A stretch of DNA of 63,887 bases, the filler included, from Octopus bimaculoides (lineage: Eukaryota): NCBI RefSeq assembly GCF_001194135.2. It is 5 parts of 5 records of this genome, joined end to end, with 100 filler letters (N's around TTAATTAATTAA, not from the genome) between each part and the next. Parts side by side here need not be neighbours in the genome. Positions count along the whole stretch, not along the records: positions 5,843 to 35,365 come from NC_068990.1; 4 more parts are not named here. One strand, written 5' to 3'. The notes under the pieces are model-generated. The model was not told where the DNA came from and did not search any database. It saw only the letters and a list, made by a program, of their open reading frames with translations. Both the position numbers and the translations under genes were made by a program. Position 1 is the first letter of the stretch; each line of letters starts with the position of its first letter. Positions 10,436-23,924 of the stretch are shown here, piece after piece.

Positions 10436-11138
10436 TGTATTCTGCTCACGTGCGTGTGTGTGTATTAAATAAGTAAATAAGGAAAAAGGGTTTGTCGGAA
10501 AGAGGCGAAAGAATAAACGAAAACAGATAAAGAAGGGAAAGAACGATTGGAGAAATGAATGAAAGAAATCGTTCTTCCGGCTTTAACGAAAGATAAACTT
10601 AAAAAGAAAAGAGAAATAGCTTGAAAGGAAAGCAGGAAGGAAGAGAAGAAAGACAGGTTACTAAGGAAAGAGAATAGAAAGATTAGAGCAAAGGAGAAAG
10701 AAGGAAAGAAAGAAATGAAAATGAAGAGGCACCAGGAAAAAGAAAGGAAAGAAAGAAGGCTGGAGAGGAAGGTGAGGGGAAGAAGGGGGAAGGGAGAGTG
10801 GAAGGGGAGGGAAAGAGAGGGGAAATAGGGGAAAATAAAGAGAGACTGAGAGAGAGAGAGGGAGATAAAGACAACAAAGAGGATTCTGACAAATGTGAGA
10901 GATTAAAGTAGAAAAATGCAAACAAATTAGGAAATGTGGATAGGTGCGTATATGCACATTTCTGTGTGTGAGTGTGTGTGTGTGTATGTATATATATATG
11001 TGTATGTATATATGCATGATTGTATGTATGTATGTATGTATGCATGTATGTATGTATGCATGTATGTATGCATAGATGTATATATGCGTGTGTGTGAGTG
11101 AATTTATATATATATATATATATATATATACACGCACA

Positions 11139-11169
<31 letters not shown>

Positions 11170-11240
11170 GCACGCACATATATTCACACACAGAAACGTG
11201 TAAGAGTATGAGTCCGTCAGTCTTTCTGTCTCTTTCTTTG

Positions 11241-11271
<31 letters not shown>

Positions 11272-11315
11272 CCACTCCAAACGTGTGAGTGCATATATAC
11301 ATATATATATACATA

Positions 11316-11356
<41 letters not shown>

Positions 11357-11483
11357 GTATACTCACATTTATATATGTATGTGCAAATATGTATGTGTTT
11401 GTGTGTGTGTTTGTGTGTGTGTATGTGTGTGCGTGTGCATGTGTGCGTGTGTGAATGTGTGTGCGCGTGAGTGTAGCGGTGTT

Positions 11484-11497
11484 GTTGCCATGGCAAC
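11484..11497. promoter_or_regulatory. Perfect palindromic RFX X-box GTTGCCATGGCAAC
   Basis: Exact 14-bp match to the canonical RFX site, in non-repeat CpG-containing sequence; 12/14 variant gttgccatggtgaa at 12431-12444. Confidence 0.55.
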
Positions 11498-11587
11498 TGA
11501 AAAACGAGTCCTCTCGATGTGACAGTTAAACAAGAGACGCTGCCCCGTGGTTAACCCCTTTACAATGGCGACCATTCTCAGACCCTG

Positions 11588-11935
11588 CACTACCACCACC
11601 ACCACCACCGTCATCACCACCGCCGCCACCACTGCCGCCACCACCACCACCACAATTGACATGAAGCCTACAACCCCTACTACAACAGCCAATACTGCAG
11701 CGACTGCTACTACTACTGCTACTGCTGCTATTACATTTTCTACTGTTGCTGTTACTACTACTACTACTACTACCACCACCACGGCTGCTGCTGCTGCTGT
11801 TGCTGTTGCTATTAGTGCTGCTGCTGTTGATGATGATGATTATGTTGACGTAACTACTACTTCTACCACCGCAGCTTCCGCTGCTACTACTACTGCCACT
11901 ACCACCACCACCACTACCACTACTATTACAATCAA

Positions 11936-11981
<46 letters not shown>

Positions 11982-12063
11982 GCCACCACCACTACTACTG
12001 CTGCTACTACTAATACTGCCAGCACCACCACCATCGCCACCACCACCATTACTACTACTGCTG

Positions 12064-12096
<33 letters not shown>

Positions 12097-12102
12097 CTCC
12101 TC

Positions 12103-12139
<37 letters not shown>

Positions 12140-12370
12140 AGCTACTACTACTTCCACCACCACTACCACTACTGCTGCTACTACTAAAACCTCTACTATT
12201 GCCACCACTATCACCACTTCCACTACTAATACAATCACCACCACTACTACTACTACCAGTTGCCAGTACCACTACCATCGCCATTTTCACCACCACCACC
12301 ACCACCACAAGAACAACCACTACCACCATCTCCCCACCACCACAACCACTACCACTATCGCCACGACAGC
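11588..12370. repeat. Compound ACC/ACT/GCT trinucleotide low-complexity tract
   Basis: Direct reading; produces spurious poly-T/S/V ORFs. Confidence 0.95.
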
Positions 12371-12814
12371 CATCAGAATTCTTAAGGATCTTATTGATCC
12401 CCTTGTCTGTGTGTGACACAAGGAATAGACGTTGCCATGGTGAAAGAGTGACCCTTTAGTTATAAATGTGTTAACACACAATGGCAATGTATGGAGGACG
12501 TGTTACTGAATCTTAAGCATGTGTACTCACACTCACACTCCCCCTCACTCACGCTACCCCTCTCTCACTCTCTCTCTCCTCTTTTTCTCTATTTATCTAT
12601 CTGTCTGTCTGTCACTCTGTTTATTTATCTATCTGCGTTTCTTTTCTCGTTTTTCCTACCGTTTCCGTTTCTGCTTTGTTCTCTTCCTCCCCTCTCCCCT
12701 CTCCTTCTTGCATTCTTGGTTAATGTGCCTGAAACACTCTTCAGCATACACAGAATAGACAGGTCTGCGCATGCATGCACACACACAAGACACAGATACA
12801 AGCATATATGTACT

Positions 12815-12860
<46 letters not shown>

Positions 12861-13114
12861 GCACCCACCTTACTAAAACTCTGCTCTTTTGGAATTCTGT
12901 ACTTAAATACTGTAAAAAAAAAAAACAACAAAAAGAAAAGAGCCTGTCATTCCGGGACACGGGCATGTAATTGAACCCTCACGGAAACTCGAGTGCATTT
13001 TACATTTTGACAAATTTTGAACCTAAAATCAGATTACATGTATGTATGTATGGATGGATGTATGTATAGCTAGCGAGCTAGACAGACAGACAGGTAGGTA
13101 TGTAGGTCGGTAGT

Positions 13115-13196
<82 letters not shown>
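13115..13196. repeat. (GATA)n microsatellite
   Basis: Direct reading. Confidence 0.98.
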
Positions 13197-13198
<2 letters not shown>

Positions 13199-13756
13199 TT
13201 TGTCTTTCATGTTACGTTGTTATCGCTGGTGTGGAAGTCACAAGCTTTGCAATATAACTGAGTTTTTTCTCATGCATCAAACTTTTGTAAAACATTTAAC
13301 TTCCAACATAATCCGTTTGCGGCTCCTTTTAGCTCTACCGACTTCATCCCCGCTTGAAGGCCTCTTTCCTTCATGTTGAATCAGGAAAATGCACCATATT
13401 GCAACGATTTGTAATTAAATCGAATAGCAACGGTGTGAGATTAGAAATCTGTCGAAAGCAACGATGTTTGCGACAACAAAATGTGTTAGGATCCCACAGA
13501 GAAACATTGTCAAATTAGAAGCTGATGATGTCAGAACCGAAACGAACAGCTTGGCAAGATGATACATATGCTCTATCCATTCCACTTCACTCGAATGCAA
13601 AGAATATGGTTATGTAGCTGGTATTTAATGATTTTACCATGTGGTCTATAAGTCCCTGCCTGTAACGATCTTGGTCGTGAACACCATAATATAAATTACG
13701 CACGCTTAAATCATAACATTCCCTTTCGGAATGTTATTTTTTACTCAGATTAGAGA

Positions 13757-13920
13757 TGCAGGCGTTGCTGTGTGGTTAAGAAGTTTGCTTCCTAGCCACA
13801 TGGTCTCGGGTTCAGTCCTACTGCGTGGCACCTTGAGCAAGTGTCTTTTTCAATAGACCCGCTCCGATCAAAGTCTTGTGATTGGATTTGGTAAACGAAA
13901 ACTAAAAGAAATATATCGTA
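13757..13920 (+). mobile_element. SINE-A, diverged 5' half
   Basis: gctgtgtggttaagaagtttgcttcc...gggttcagtcctactgcgtggcaccttgagcaagtgtc. Confidence 0.8.
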
Positions 13921-14009
13921 TAAATATACACATACACACATAGATATATATATTTAAGTATATACAAAGTATGGGAGTTTAGATCACAGGTGATCTAAAC
14001 GATTAGGTA

Positions 14010-14135
14010 CGCTCTCTTTTACTTGTTTCAGTCATTTGACTGCGGCCATGCTGGAGCACCGCCTTTAGTCGAGCAAATCGACCCCAGGACTTATTCTTTG
14101 GAAGCCTAGTACTTATTCTATCGGTCTCTTTGCCG
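14010..14135 (-). mobile_element. SINE-A, 3' fragment
   Basis: ctcttttacttgtttcagtcatttgactgcggccatgctggagcaccgcc...ctatcggtctctttgccg. Confidence 0.85.
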
Positions 14136-14399
14136 TAAACAGTAATACACATGAACACCTCCCCCCCCCCAGCCGCCACACACACAAACACCCACGCACA
14201 CACGATATCACTATTAAATAAACATAAAAATCCAAGCATAAATATTTACAGTTACATTTCAAAATTAACAACAGATGACATTTGTGAATGCATGAATCTA
14301 GATTATAAGAACGCTGTTAACAGTAACGCGGAAAAGATCAGCTCTCGCTCACGTTGTAGGCTATAATGTGACGATAGATTTGAGAAAGCACCAGAGAAA

Positions 14400-14740
14400 C
14401 AAACTCGTGAAGACGAGGTATAAGGCCTGGGCTAGATGTAAGAAAATCCTGGGTAGCCCAATCGTATCGTCAGGATTCCTCTGTCGACCTTGCTGACGTA
14501 GTCCAAAGGAGGGCAGAGCATTACGTTTGGCACCAGCTTGGTTGCAGGAGCTGCCGGAAGAGTGTCGAGTCGAACACTAAACCACCTACGGGGCTCCACT
14601 CCGGATTTCTTTGAAGGTTGTCTCCTTTCCGTAACCTTGGATAGGGGCCCATGCCGGATACCGTCAACTGGAGTCAGCTGAGCCCGGGACTCGAGTCAGG
14701 CAGGGGTCGTCACTCCCAGAAGTAGTGAAGAAAATCGCTA
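14400..14740. mobile_element. GC-rich interspersed-repeat-like fragment, family unresolved
   Basis: Abrupt GC/CpG-rich block with no ORF; possibly a retroelement 5' region (inference). Confidence 0.3.
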
Positions 14741-14819
14741 CCCACTACCTATATATATTTACATATTTATTTATTTACTTATTGTTAATGTCTCCGTAGA
14801 ATTGTTTCTTATTTGCTTG

Positions 14820-16080
14820 AAACACATTGCTCTTCTCCAAGAAACATTCAACTCTTTCGGAGGCTTTGATATTTCACACTTTTGCTAATATGATTCAAGA
14901 TTTTCATTTATTTTATTTTTTATCTATTCATTTGGCCCCCAAAATGTTTTTTTATATTTCAGTGATTGAAATTTCTCTCTTTTCTTTCTTTTCATGTTGG
15001 ATCCCTCCTTTTCCATGCCCCTAAGTAAGGAATAAGGCTTTCTTTTTCGCCATTTTATGAACAAGGATTTTTCTTTTCGTTTGGTATGGAGTTTGTTTAA
15101 GACTCTAACTCTATTGAAATCAAACCCAGTTTCCCTCGACACTACCAAAGTTACTCTCGTTCAATCTGTTTATTTTCGGATAGTTTTCTTCCATGGGCAA
15201 AATTCCTTACAGATCCCTGTTATATTTATTCATACTTTCAGAAAGCTGTTTGTCTCTACGTTCATCAGGTGTTTACGTTGATCTATCTTTACCAATTTTC
15301 TTATTCCTTTTCTTTCTATTTCCTGTATTGCTCCCGTTAGGCACCCACCGTCTCAATATTATCTTTTGTTGCTCTCTCTCTCACGTGATTAATCCTTTTA
15401 TTTTGAGTTGTTTTTTTTTGTTAAGTGTCGTGGGTAGCTGTCTATTTGATTGAATATCCCCATAGGGATCATTATGGTATTCGCGATTTTTTCCGGATTT
15501 TAATTCATTATCTTTTTCTGCGGCTGTTTATGATTAACTGTAATGCCTTGTTTGTTTCTCATAAGATGTCTTCTATAAAACTGCCATTATTCTGATAGTC
15601 TTTGTTGTATTACTTTCTGCTATGGAGTCTCTTATCTGTTTTACATGTAGTAGTTTCCGATACGTAGATTTCATTGGTTTCTGGTAGGTTATCTTTTCTA
15701 TGTGGTATCGAGTGTTTTCATATATTCTCAGTTATATTATTTCTATAAGTTGGCCTATTTCATTTCGGGCATCTTTTTTTTACTTTTTATTATAAATCTC
15801 CATAAATTCGCATATCAACATCGATATCCCCCCACCCCCACTTCATTTTCCTCTCCTTTCATATTGCTCAGATCTTGTGTGTTGCATACAGCAATAACAT
15901 GGCAACACTTATAAAACCCGATGTTTCTCTTTCAAATTTGTTTTTAATCCGGACTCCGCAAGTACGAAAGAGACCGGCCTGTTTGTTCAGAGTCAACTTT
16001 TGTGAGGACACCGCTTCGGAGCTACATTTAAGTATCGGTTTGTTTGGATTCAAAAAATATTCTGTTCGTTATATTTGTCC
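14820..16080 (-). mobile_element. Probable heavily decayed LINE coding relic
   Basis: A-rich minus strand with many stops; fragment IMIPMGIFNQID loosely resembles the APE endonuclease GDFN motif. Weak. Confidence 0.25.
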
Positions 16081-16427
16081 CGCATATAAATGATCGCATT
16101 TACACACATACTATATGTTATTGTATGTGTTATGTGTAGTGCATAAAATTATTATCAATTGTACATACTGAAATCTATATATCATTAATTTCTTCATTTT
16201 CATGATAATTCTGGTTTTGATTCGGTGTTATTGGATCTATTTCAGATTTTATGAAGAGCTAAGTCTACATGTAACGTTACTATCCAACTTTGCTTTGTAT
16301 CTACTTTCAGCATGTGTCAACAGGTCGGAGAACGACAGCGTGAAGAGAGTACTTTAGTGTTCTGATAACCTAGGAGCTATGGGGTTTTCATGTCTGGCTG
16401 TGAATAACGGTTCCTGTTCATGTAAAT

Positions 16428-16580
16428 AATCCTTTCTACTATAGGCACAAGGCCTGAGATTTAGGGAAGGGGGATAGTCGATTACATCGACCCCAGTACT
16501 CATCCCGAAAGGATGAAAGGCAAAGTCGACCTCGATGGAATTTGAACTCAGAACGTAGCGGCAGACAAAATACCGCCTTT
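16428..16580 (-). mobile_element. SINE-C with internal deletion
   Basis: cctttctactataggcacaaggcc...gatgaaaggcaaagtcgacctcgatggaatttgaactcagaacg. Confidence 0.85.
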
Positions 16581-16854
16581 GATATATATATATATATATA
16601 TANNNNNNNNNNTGTAGCATTTAATAAAAATTTATTATCTGTAAAAATCAAACATGGTCCCTTACAGCTGTTTCAATTACACCTAATAGATTAAATAGTA
16701 ATTAATAGAATCGTTATATTAGGCAATATCTCTTCAGAGGGGTAGAAAAAAGATATACCGTTAGGATTTTGTGTGTTGTATTTTAGAATCATCACAGCAG
16801 ACCATTATATAATATATTTTGTGTATATATATATATATAATATGTTATATATTT

Positions 16855-16898
<44 letters not shown>

Positions 16899-17544
16899 GC
16901 GTGTGTGAGTGAGAGAGAGAGAAAGGACAGAAGGCATGTATGTGGGTATGTGTGCTTTCATATGTGTGGCGTATCTGTATCCACCTAAGTCACCTTCTCA
17001 GTGCGTGGGAGCTAAAGAACGCTTATTCCTTATACTACACTGCAAGCAACACACTACAGCCTACACATTTCTTACAATGCTGAGCACAATAATTGGCCAT
17101 TATCGTAATATTAGCAATATGAAACTTCAGCTGATAAAGTAGCACAGATCAATAATGTAGCCTAGCAAGATAACCACTGAAACACAAGATGTGGAATTTA
17201 TTACACATCAGATTCACTCGACAGAAAAATCGACATCAAATTATTACAGCAGCAGAAAGTTATGCTGAAAGATTCCAAGTAACCTACTATGATAATTAGG
17301 CACCGTAAAGCATGCGAAATAGGTCTGTGTAAGGGTACTAGTTCCTGTTATCGGTGGTGGTGTGTATTTGTGATGCTGCATTGCCCTAGGTCATCGTTTT
17401 GCTTGGTCAATGATCAAGCAAGTCATGGGAGTAGACGGTTGAATGCTGAGACAGGATCTACATGTAGGTAAGTATGTATGTAGGTAAGTATGTATGTATG
17501 TATGTATGTATGTATGTATGTATGTATGTATGTCATTGTTCAGT

Positions 17545-18800
17545 TTTATTTCAAGATTTCTTGCCAATAGAGAAAGAACCGGTTTCTAACCTAGATTCAG
17601 GGCTCCTTCATTAGAATTTCAACATCAACAACAGGGTATTTTTTGCATGTATGTATGTATGTATGTTTGTATGTATATATATGTATGCATGTATGCATGC
17701 ATATATGAATGTGTGTATGTATGTATGTATGTATGTATGTATGTGTGCAAATTTGTATGTTTTGTTTTATGTATATATTCTCATACATATAGTTGAATAT
17801 CTAGACATGTTCATGTATATTTAAATGATAAACTTCTGGGAAGTTTTACAGATTTTTACAGTTCCAGTGATGAATTGGATCTGTAGTCTGAGAATTAGGC
17901 TTCTCCTTTCTGATTTTGAGAAGCCTTTATTTGAACATGCTGTGTGATCGGCCAATTTTGTCATAACTGCTTCGAGCAATTCTCGTCGATTCTTGATGGA
18001 TGGGTCCAGTGATCTTCATATTATTTATGTTTCACCCTCTTGCCTCGAGAGTTATTTCTTAACGTGTGTTTGTTTGTATGGGTTCCTTGATACGAATATG
18101 CGGTTTTCGAATAACGATCTCACTGTAGAAATTGCGCACTTATTGCAGGCTCTTTGGTGCTCTAAGTAGGTCCTCGAGCGCAGAGCTAGATTACTGATGA
18201 GACAGTTGGTCAGTGTGCACATATCGTTACTGTCTGTTGGACGATTATAAACAATGTAATAAATTGCGTTTAGTACGGTTATTTAAAAAAAGGTTTATGG
18301 CTAACGTTTGCTCCATGTTTCTAGGCATTTCTGCGAATAAGATTTTCGTCGATGGCGTTCAAAGTATCTAATGTGATTTGATATGGGTGCCTATAACAAA
18401 ATAGAAATGAATCTTTTATCCTATATTTTAAGTGTTTTCGAAGCGCATTGAGGTTTTGAGTTTTCAATTTCTTTTAGCTTGTCATAGAATTCAGACGAAG
18501 AGATAGTGTATAAACATTTTTTGAATAATGCGAAATAGCTCACTTTTCAAAAGGTCAGAGAAAATTGTTTATTGATGAACGTCAATGACATTTAAATCCA
18601 AATATGAAACTGTTGTCCAGATTTTCTTCGTGTTTTCCATTGAAAACTGCAAACCAACTTTCATCACATAATAAAGCTGTCGCCAGACGTTTAAGATAGA
18701 TTTACTTAGAAGGAATAGCAATATTTTTAGTGGACAGATTAAGCTGATGGTTAAATATTTTAAGAATATGATTGTTTAAAGGCTCAACCTAAATTGATTT
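17545..18800 (-). mobile_element. Decayed Penelope-like element (RT thumb/GIY-YIG region and downstream)
   Basis: Frameshifted fragments such as TVSYLDLNV and TISSSEFYDK and a gaaacatggagcaaa (NMEQ-like) segment resemble PLE ORFs from memory; not alignable without tools. Confidence 0.35.
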
Positions 18801-19801
18801 AATATTTAGAATATTTATCCATAAAGACCGAAAGATTCACAGTCTAAATAAATTACTCAAAGAAAATATAAACAGAGTATTTTATATTGTCATAATTAAA
18901 GTTTATACTTTGCAAGATTTTCCAATTCTCAAATGAATTACGTTGGTGCTTTTGTAGAAAAGGAAATAAAAGTTATAGAAAATATAATAAAAAATTATAG
19001 TGATGGTAATAAAGTTTATTATATATATGTGTGTCGAAAACTAGGTGTGAAGGGGAAAAAAACAGAAAAGAGGAAAGATAAAAGTGTCATAAATGTAGGT
19101 AGAATTAAAAATAAAACCGCCATTCAATATATGAAGTTACACAGAATAAATTAAGTTTAAATTAAATATTAATGTAAATCATGGTTTTATGGAAACCAAG
19201 TGATTAAATGTAGAAGAGAAAGGTCAGTTAAACAAATTATTTCGTTGAAACAGCTACAAAATAGACAGTTAATTTCAAAGACATTGTTGTAACAAGAGTC
19301 TGGAAATTATCGAATATAGATGGTAAACACGTTATTGAATATTGTATTGAAAAATGACTATATTTCCTACTCCACCCACTTTTAACATAATAATAATTTT
19401 TTTTCTACCGTTTCCGTTTTACTTTTTCTTTAGGCGTGTGAGTCGAATGGGATGTGGGTTCGACTCTCACGCGGATAGGAAAGCCTTCTTTTTTTCTTTC
19501 GAGGGTTTATATGCCCCTTTATTAAACTATTTTCCTTAGTCATTGCACGGTGATCACCATAAGCTTTAAGCTTATATAAAAATACCATTATTATTATTAT
19601 TTACAGGATTGTAAAAACGGCGCCATATAAAAAAAAAACATTCGCACTGAAAGTATATATGTATAATATAAATGATACGTGAGTATATGCATATATACAT
19701 ACATATATGTACATAAAGGCGCTCCTACCCCATATTAAAATAAATTTGCTTGAAATTTTAAGGTGTTTCCATTATTTTGACTAGCCCCTGTATATATACA
19801 T

Positions 19802-19849
<48 letters not shown>

Positions 19850-20144
19850 GGAGTAGAACAATGATTAATAGCAAGACGGGAAAAGTTTACGATCGACATC
19901 ATTAGTTTGAGGCTCAGCGGAAAAGAAAGTGTTGCTTGTTATGACGTTTCGGATATTTTCGTTCTTCAGAATATCGTGTAGATTGGATTAGAGTAGACGA
20001 GGAAAAACCGAGAAAATTTGAAGGAACATTGTAGCCAAAGAGATACCTATACCCCCCCCCACACACACACACACACACCCCTCCCACATACACACCCCTC
20101 CCACACACACGCATGTATATATTTATATGTATATGCGTATATGC

Positions 20145-20184
<40 letters not shown>

Positions 20185-20525
20185 NNNNNNNNNNNNNNNN
20201 NNNNNNNNNNNNNNNNNNNNNNNNNNNNNNNNNNNNNNNATATATACATACATACATACATACATACATACATACATACATACATACGTTCACACATTCA
20301 CGCGGACAGTCTCTAGTATATATTATGATATATTTGAGCTTTCACTCCAAAGAAAAATAATCAAAATGTCGTTTCTGTGTGTGTTTGTGTGTGTGATGTG
20401 ATACGACCTATCTAACATGCAGTGTATATCATTACTACAAGATTATGTCTGTCTGTGAGTCTTATTGTCTGATCTTCAGTATAATGTTACATCTCAGCTA
20501 TTAAGATAAACACAGAACAGAACAA

Positions 20526-20535
20526 TGCTACCACC

Positions 20536-20576
<41 letters not shown>

Positions 20577-21260
20577 AATGCAGCCACCACCACCATCACT
20601 ATTACTACTACTAGTATTGCTGCTGCTGCCGCCGCCGCCGCGGGTGTAACTCAGCAGAAAATATATCTTCATTAATGCTGACAATACCTTCTCCAACCCC
20701 TCCCCCCGATCACCACCACTGCTACCACCACCACCACCACCATCACCACTAGCACCATTATCATCACCGCCGCCACTAGCACTATGACAAATATCAGCTT
20801 CAAGCAGAGCCCGCCCCGCCTTTACTATCCAGTAACATCACCAATATCGAGTCACCAATACCAACATTAACATCACCACCACCACCACCACTACCACCAC
20901 TACCACTACCACTACTACCGCTGGTACCACACCCAATACCATCACCGCCTTATTTCCACTCTCGCCATCGTTGCTACCACTATCACAACGCCAACACCAA
21001 CGCCACTATGCGAACCACCATCGCTACCATCGCCCTCACCAACAACCCCAGCACTGCCACCCCCAAACACCACCACTACCATTACCACTATCCCCGTCGC
21101 TGTCATCACCATTGCCACCGCCATCATCACCATCACCACCGTCACAATCACCTGTACCACCAACATCACCACCCCCATTGTCATTATCACAGGCATCTCC
21201 ACCACCACCAACAACAACGCCATCATCATCATCAGCAACACCAGCAGCACCAACCTCAAC
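20526..21260. repeat. ACC/ACT/CAT trinucleotide low-complexity tracts
   Basis: Direct reading. Confidence 0.9.
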
Positions 21261-21399
21261 ACACACTACCAACGCTAAAACCAGTGAGACAATGTGATTG
21301 CTCGACTTGCTAAAAATATCAGCTAAAAATCTTCCTCAAACGTGACCCTAATGTCATGTATAAATAGACAGAATGCATTTCAATAATGAAGTTCTACAT

Positions 21400-21470
21400 A
21401 CCCTTAGACAGACAGGGTGGTCATGGCTGGAATGTGCTTTCACTACTATTAACCCAGGGCTAAACAGTAA
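21400..21470 (-). mobile_element. Repeat family E fragment
   Basis: gggtggtcatggctggaatg...cccagggctaaac is the reverse complement of the 43800-43915 segment. Confidence 0.55.
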
Positions 21471-22719
21471 TGTATATACGAAGCCATTATTACAGGAATA
21501 CCACCACCGTCTTTTATACCACTCCACCCTTGTCAGCACCAATACTGTCCCGTTTTTTCTTTTTTCATTTTATTGGTTAACTCTGGAGATTGTCCTGAAG
21601 AAGACATCAAACGGTATGCTGTGGTGTTTATCCAGTTTGGAAGATCAGGAGTCTTGGTGGGGAGTATGGAATTAACCCTTAATCACCAAAACTCCCAATT
21701 CCATTCTAGCTCGTTGTGGTAGTGCCTGTCAAGGGCCCCTGTTATGGATCAAATATCGAAAGATGGTCCTATGGATTTCTAGAATTGAGTCATCGAAGCC
21801 ATGAATCAATCAAGGGAAGGTGGTCCTGTAATTGAGGCAATATAGCGCTCGAGAGAAAGTTTGCCTCTAGAAATGTGCCACAGAATCTATGAGCCAAATA
21901 GCGTAATATGTTCTATAGTTAAGGAATAGACGATTCGAAGAAGGGCGGACTCCTGGACACCGCTGTGTAGGTATGAGTTGATGTCACGTGAACCAGTCCC
22001 CACTGCCAAAGAGTTATTCGGGTCCTGTGCTTGATGGATAACAATACTTCCAGGTGCGCTTGCTTCTTCATAAAACGATGGGGTAAATTTTAGCTGGGGA
22101 ATACTGAGGTACCACCAGAAATCGTAAAAAGGTGAGTTTTTAGCTGGGAAATGCTGAGGCACCTCCAGAAATCGATGGTATTCGGATCCCGGCCGTCGAA
22201 AAAGCACCTATCATAGTCGGCTTATGGTGAAGCAGCGAGATAGAAGTTTCGGTGAAGCATGTCACTGTGTATTGATATATAAAGCTCCAGTGAAGTCCCG
22301 GCAGAAGTTTCGCTTTTTCCAGCGGAACAAATTATAAATGTAAAAAGCTATTTGCCAACATAATGTGGCTTCTGGAAGGGACGATTGTTACTGCTGTTTA
22401 GCCCGAAAAAGCAATCGGGAATCACAGCTTGGTCTCTCAAGAAAAATCATGAATCTTCAAATATTGGCATTGCTGACACTTCCTTAAAAGAATGGGGGGA
22501 TGAGAGAGAAAAAGAGAAAGAGAGAGAGATAGGACGACTGCAGGAAAGATATTATGTAGGGCGGGTCTCCAGCGTTTGTGGGTGGAAGGACTAGAACATA
22601 GAGGGTATGTGGCGGGGAGGGGGGAGTATGATCAGAGGATGAGAGAGATAAGGGTGACACGAGAGGGTCTGAGTGGAAAAACAATGTGACCGACCAGTAA
22701 TAGTATACAAACATAGCAG

Positions 22720-22943
22720 TGTCGTCATCGTCATCGCCATCATCATCATCATGGTCATCGTCATCGTCGTCGTCGTTGTCATCGTTATCATTCATTATCG
22801 CCATGATGATGATGGTGGCGATGATGATGATGAAGATATTATTGTCATCTTTCCTCCTCTTCCTCCTATTTCTCCTTCTCCACCTCCTCTTTCTCCTGCT
22901 GCTCCTGCTCCTCCACCACCGCCACCACCACCACCACCACCAC
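22720..22943. repeat. CAT/GAT/CCT/CCA low-complexity tract running into a gap
   Basis: Direct reading. Confidence 0.9.
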
Positions 22944-23924
22944 NNNNNNNNNNNNNNNNNNNNNNNNNNNNNNNNNNNNNNNNNNNNNNNNNNNNNNNNN
23001 NNNNNNNNNNNNNNNNNNNNNNNNNNNNNNNNNNNNNNNNNNNNNNNNNNNNNNNNNNNNNNNNNNNNNNNNNNNNNNNNNNNNNNNNNNNNNNNNNNNN
23101 NNNNNNNNNNNNNNNNNNNNNNNNNNNNNNNNNNNNNNNNNNNNNNNNNNNNNNNNNNNNNNNNNNNNNNNNNNNNNNNNNNNNNNNNNNNNNNNNNNNN
23201 NNNNNNNNNNNNNNNNNNNNNNNNNNNNNNNNNNNNNNNNNNNNNNNNNNNNNNNNNNNNNNNNNNNNNNNNNNNNNNNNNNNNNNNNNNNNNNNNNNNN
23301 NNNNNNNNNNNNNNNNNNNNNNNNNNNNNNNNNNNNNNNNNNNNNNNNNNNNNNNNNNNNNNNNNNNNNNNNNNNNNNNNNNNNNNNNNNNNNNNNNNNN
23401 NNNNNNNNNNNNNNNNNNNNNNNNNNNNNNNNNNNNNNNNNNNNNNNNNNNNNNNNNNNNNNNNNNNNNNNNNNNNNNNNNNNNNNNNNNNNNNNNNNNN
23501 NNNNNNNNNNNNNNNNNNNNNNNNNNNNNNNNNNNNNNNNNNNNNNNNNNNNNNNNNNNNNNNNNNNNNNNNNNNNNNNNNNNNNNNNNNNNNNNNNNNN
23601 NNNNNNNNNNNNNNNNNNNNNNNNNNNNNNNNNNNNNNNNNNNNNNNNNNNNNNNNNNNNNNNNNNNNNNNNNNNNNNNNNNNNNNNNNNNNNNNNNNNN
23701 NNNNNNNNNNNNNNNNNNNNNNNNNNNNNNNNNNNNNNNNNNNNNNNNNNNNNNNNNNNNNNNNNNNNNNNNNNNNNNNNNNNNNNNNNNNNNNNNNNNN
23801 NNNNNNNNNNNNNNNNNNNNNNNNNNNNNNNNNNNNNNNNNNNNNNNNNNNNNNNNNNNNNNNNNNNNNNNNNNNNNNNNNNNNNNNNNNNNNNNNNNNN
23901 NNNNNNNNNNNNNNNNNNNNNNNN

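Noticed and set aside
11526-12419. Mucin-like poly-Thr (289 aa) and poly-Ser (297 aa) ORFs
   Set aside because: Trinucleotide tract open in several frames on both strands; similar tracts recur at 20.5-21.3, 22.7, 35.2 and 50.7 kb; no signal peptide or splice support.
13514-13555. CTGATGA...GAAAC hammerhead-like string
   Set aside because: Stem II does not close, there is no proper UH site, and the flanks pair with the core itself (aagctg/cagctt).
21887-22207. 106-aa ORF containing a ~45-bp tandem duplication (22082-22124 / 22131-22174)
   Set aside because: No motif; only two imperfect units; probably decayed repeat DNA, not a CRISPR-like array.
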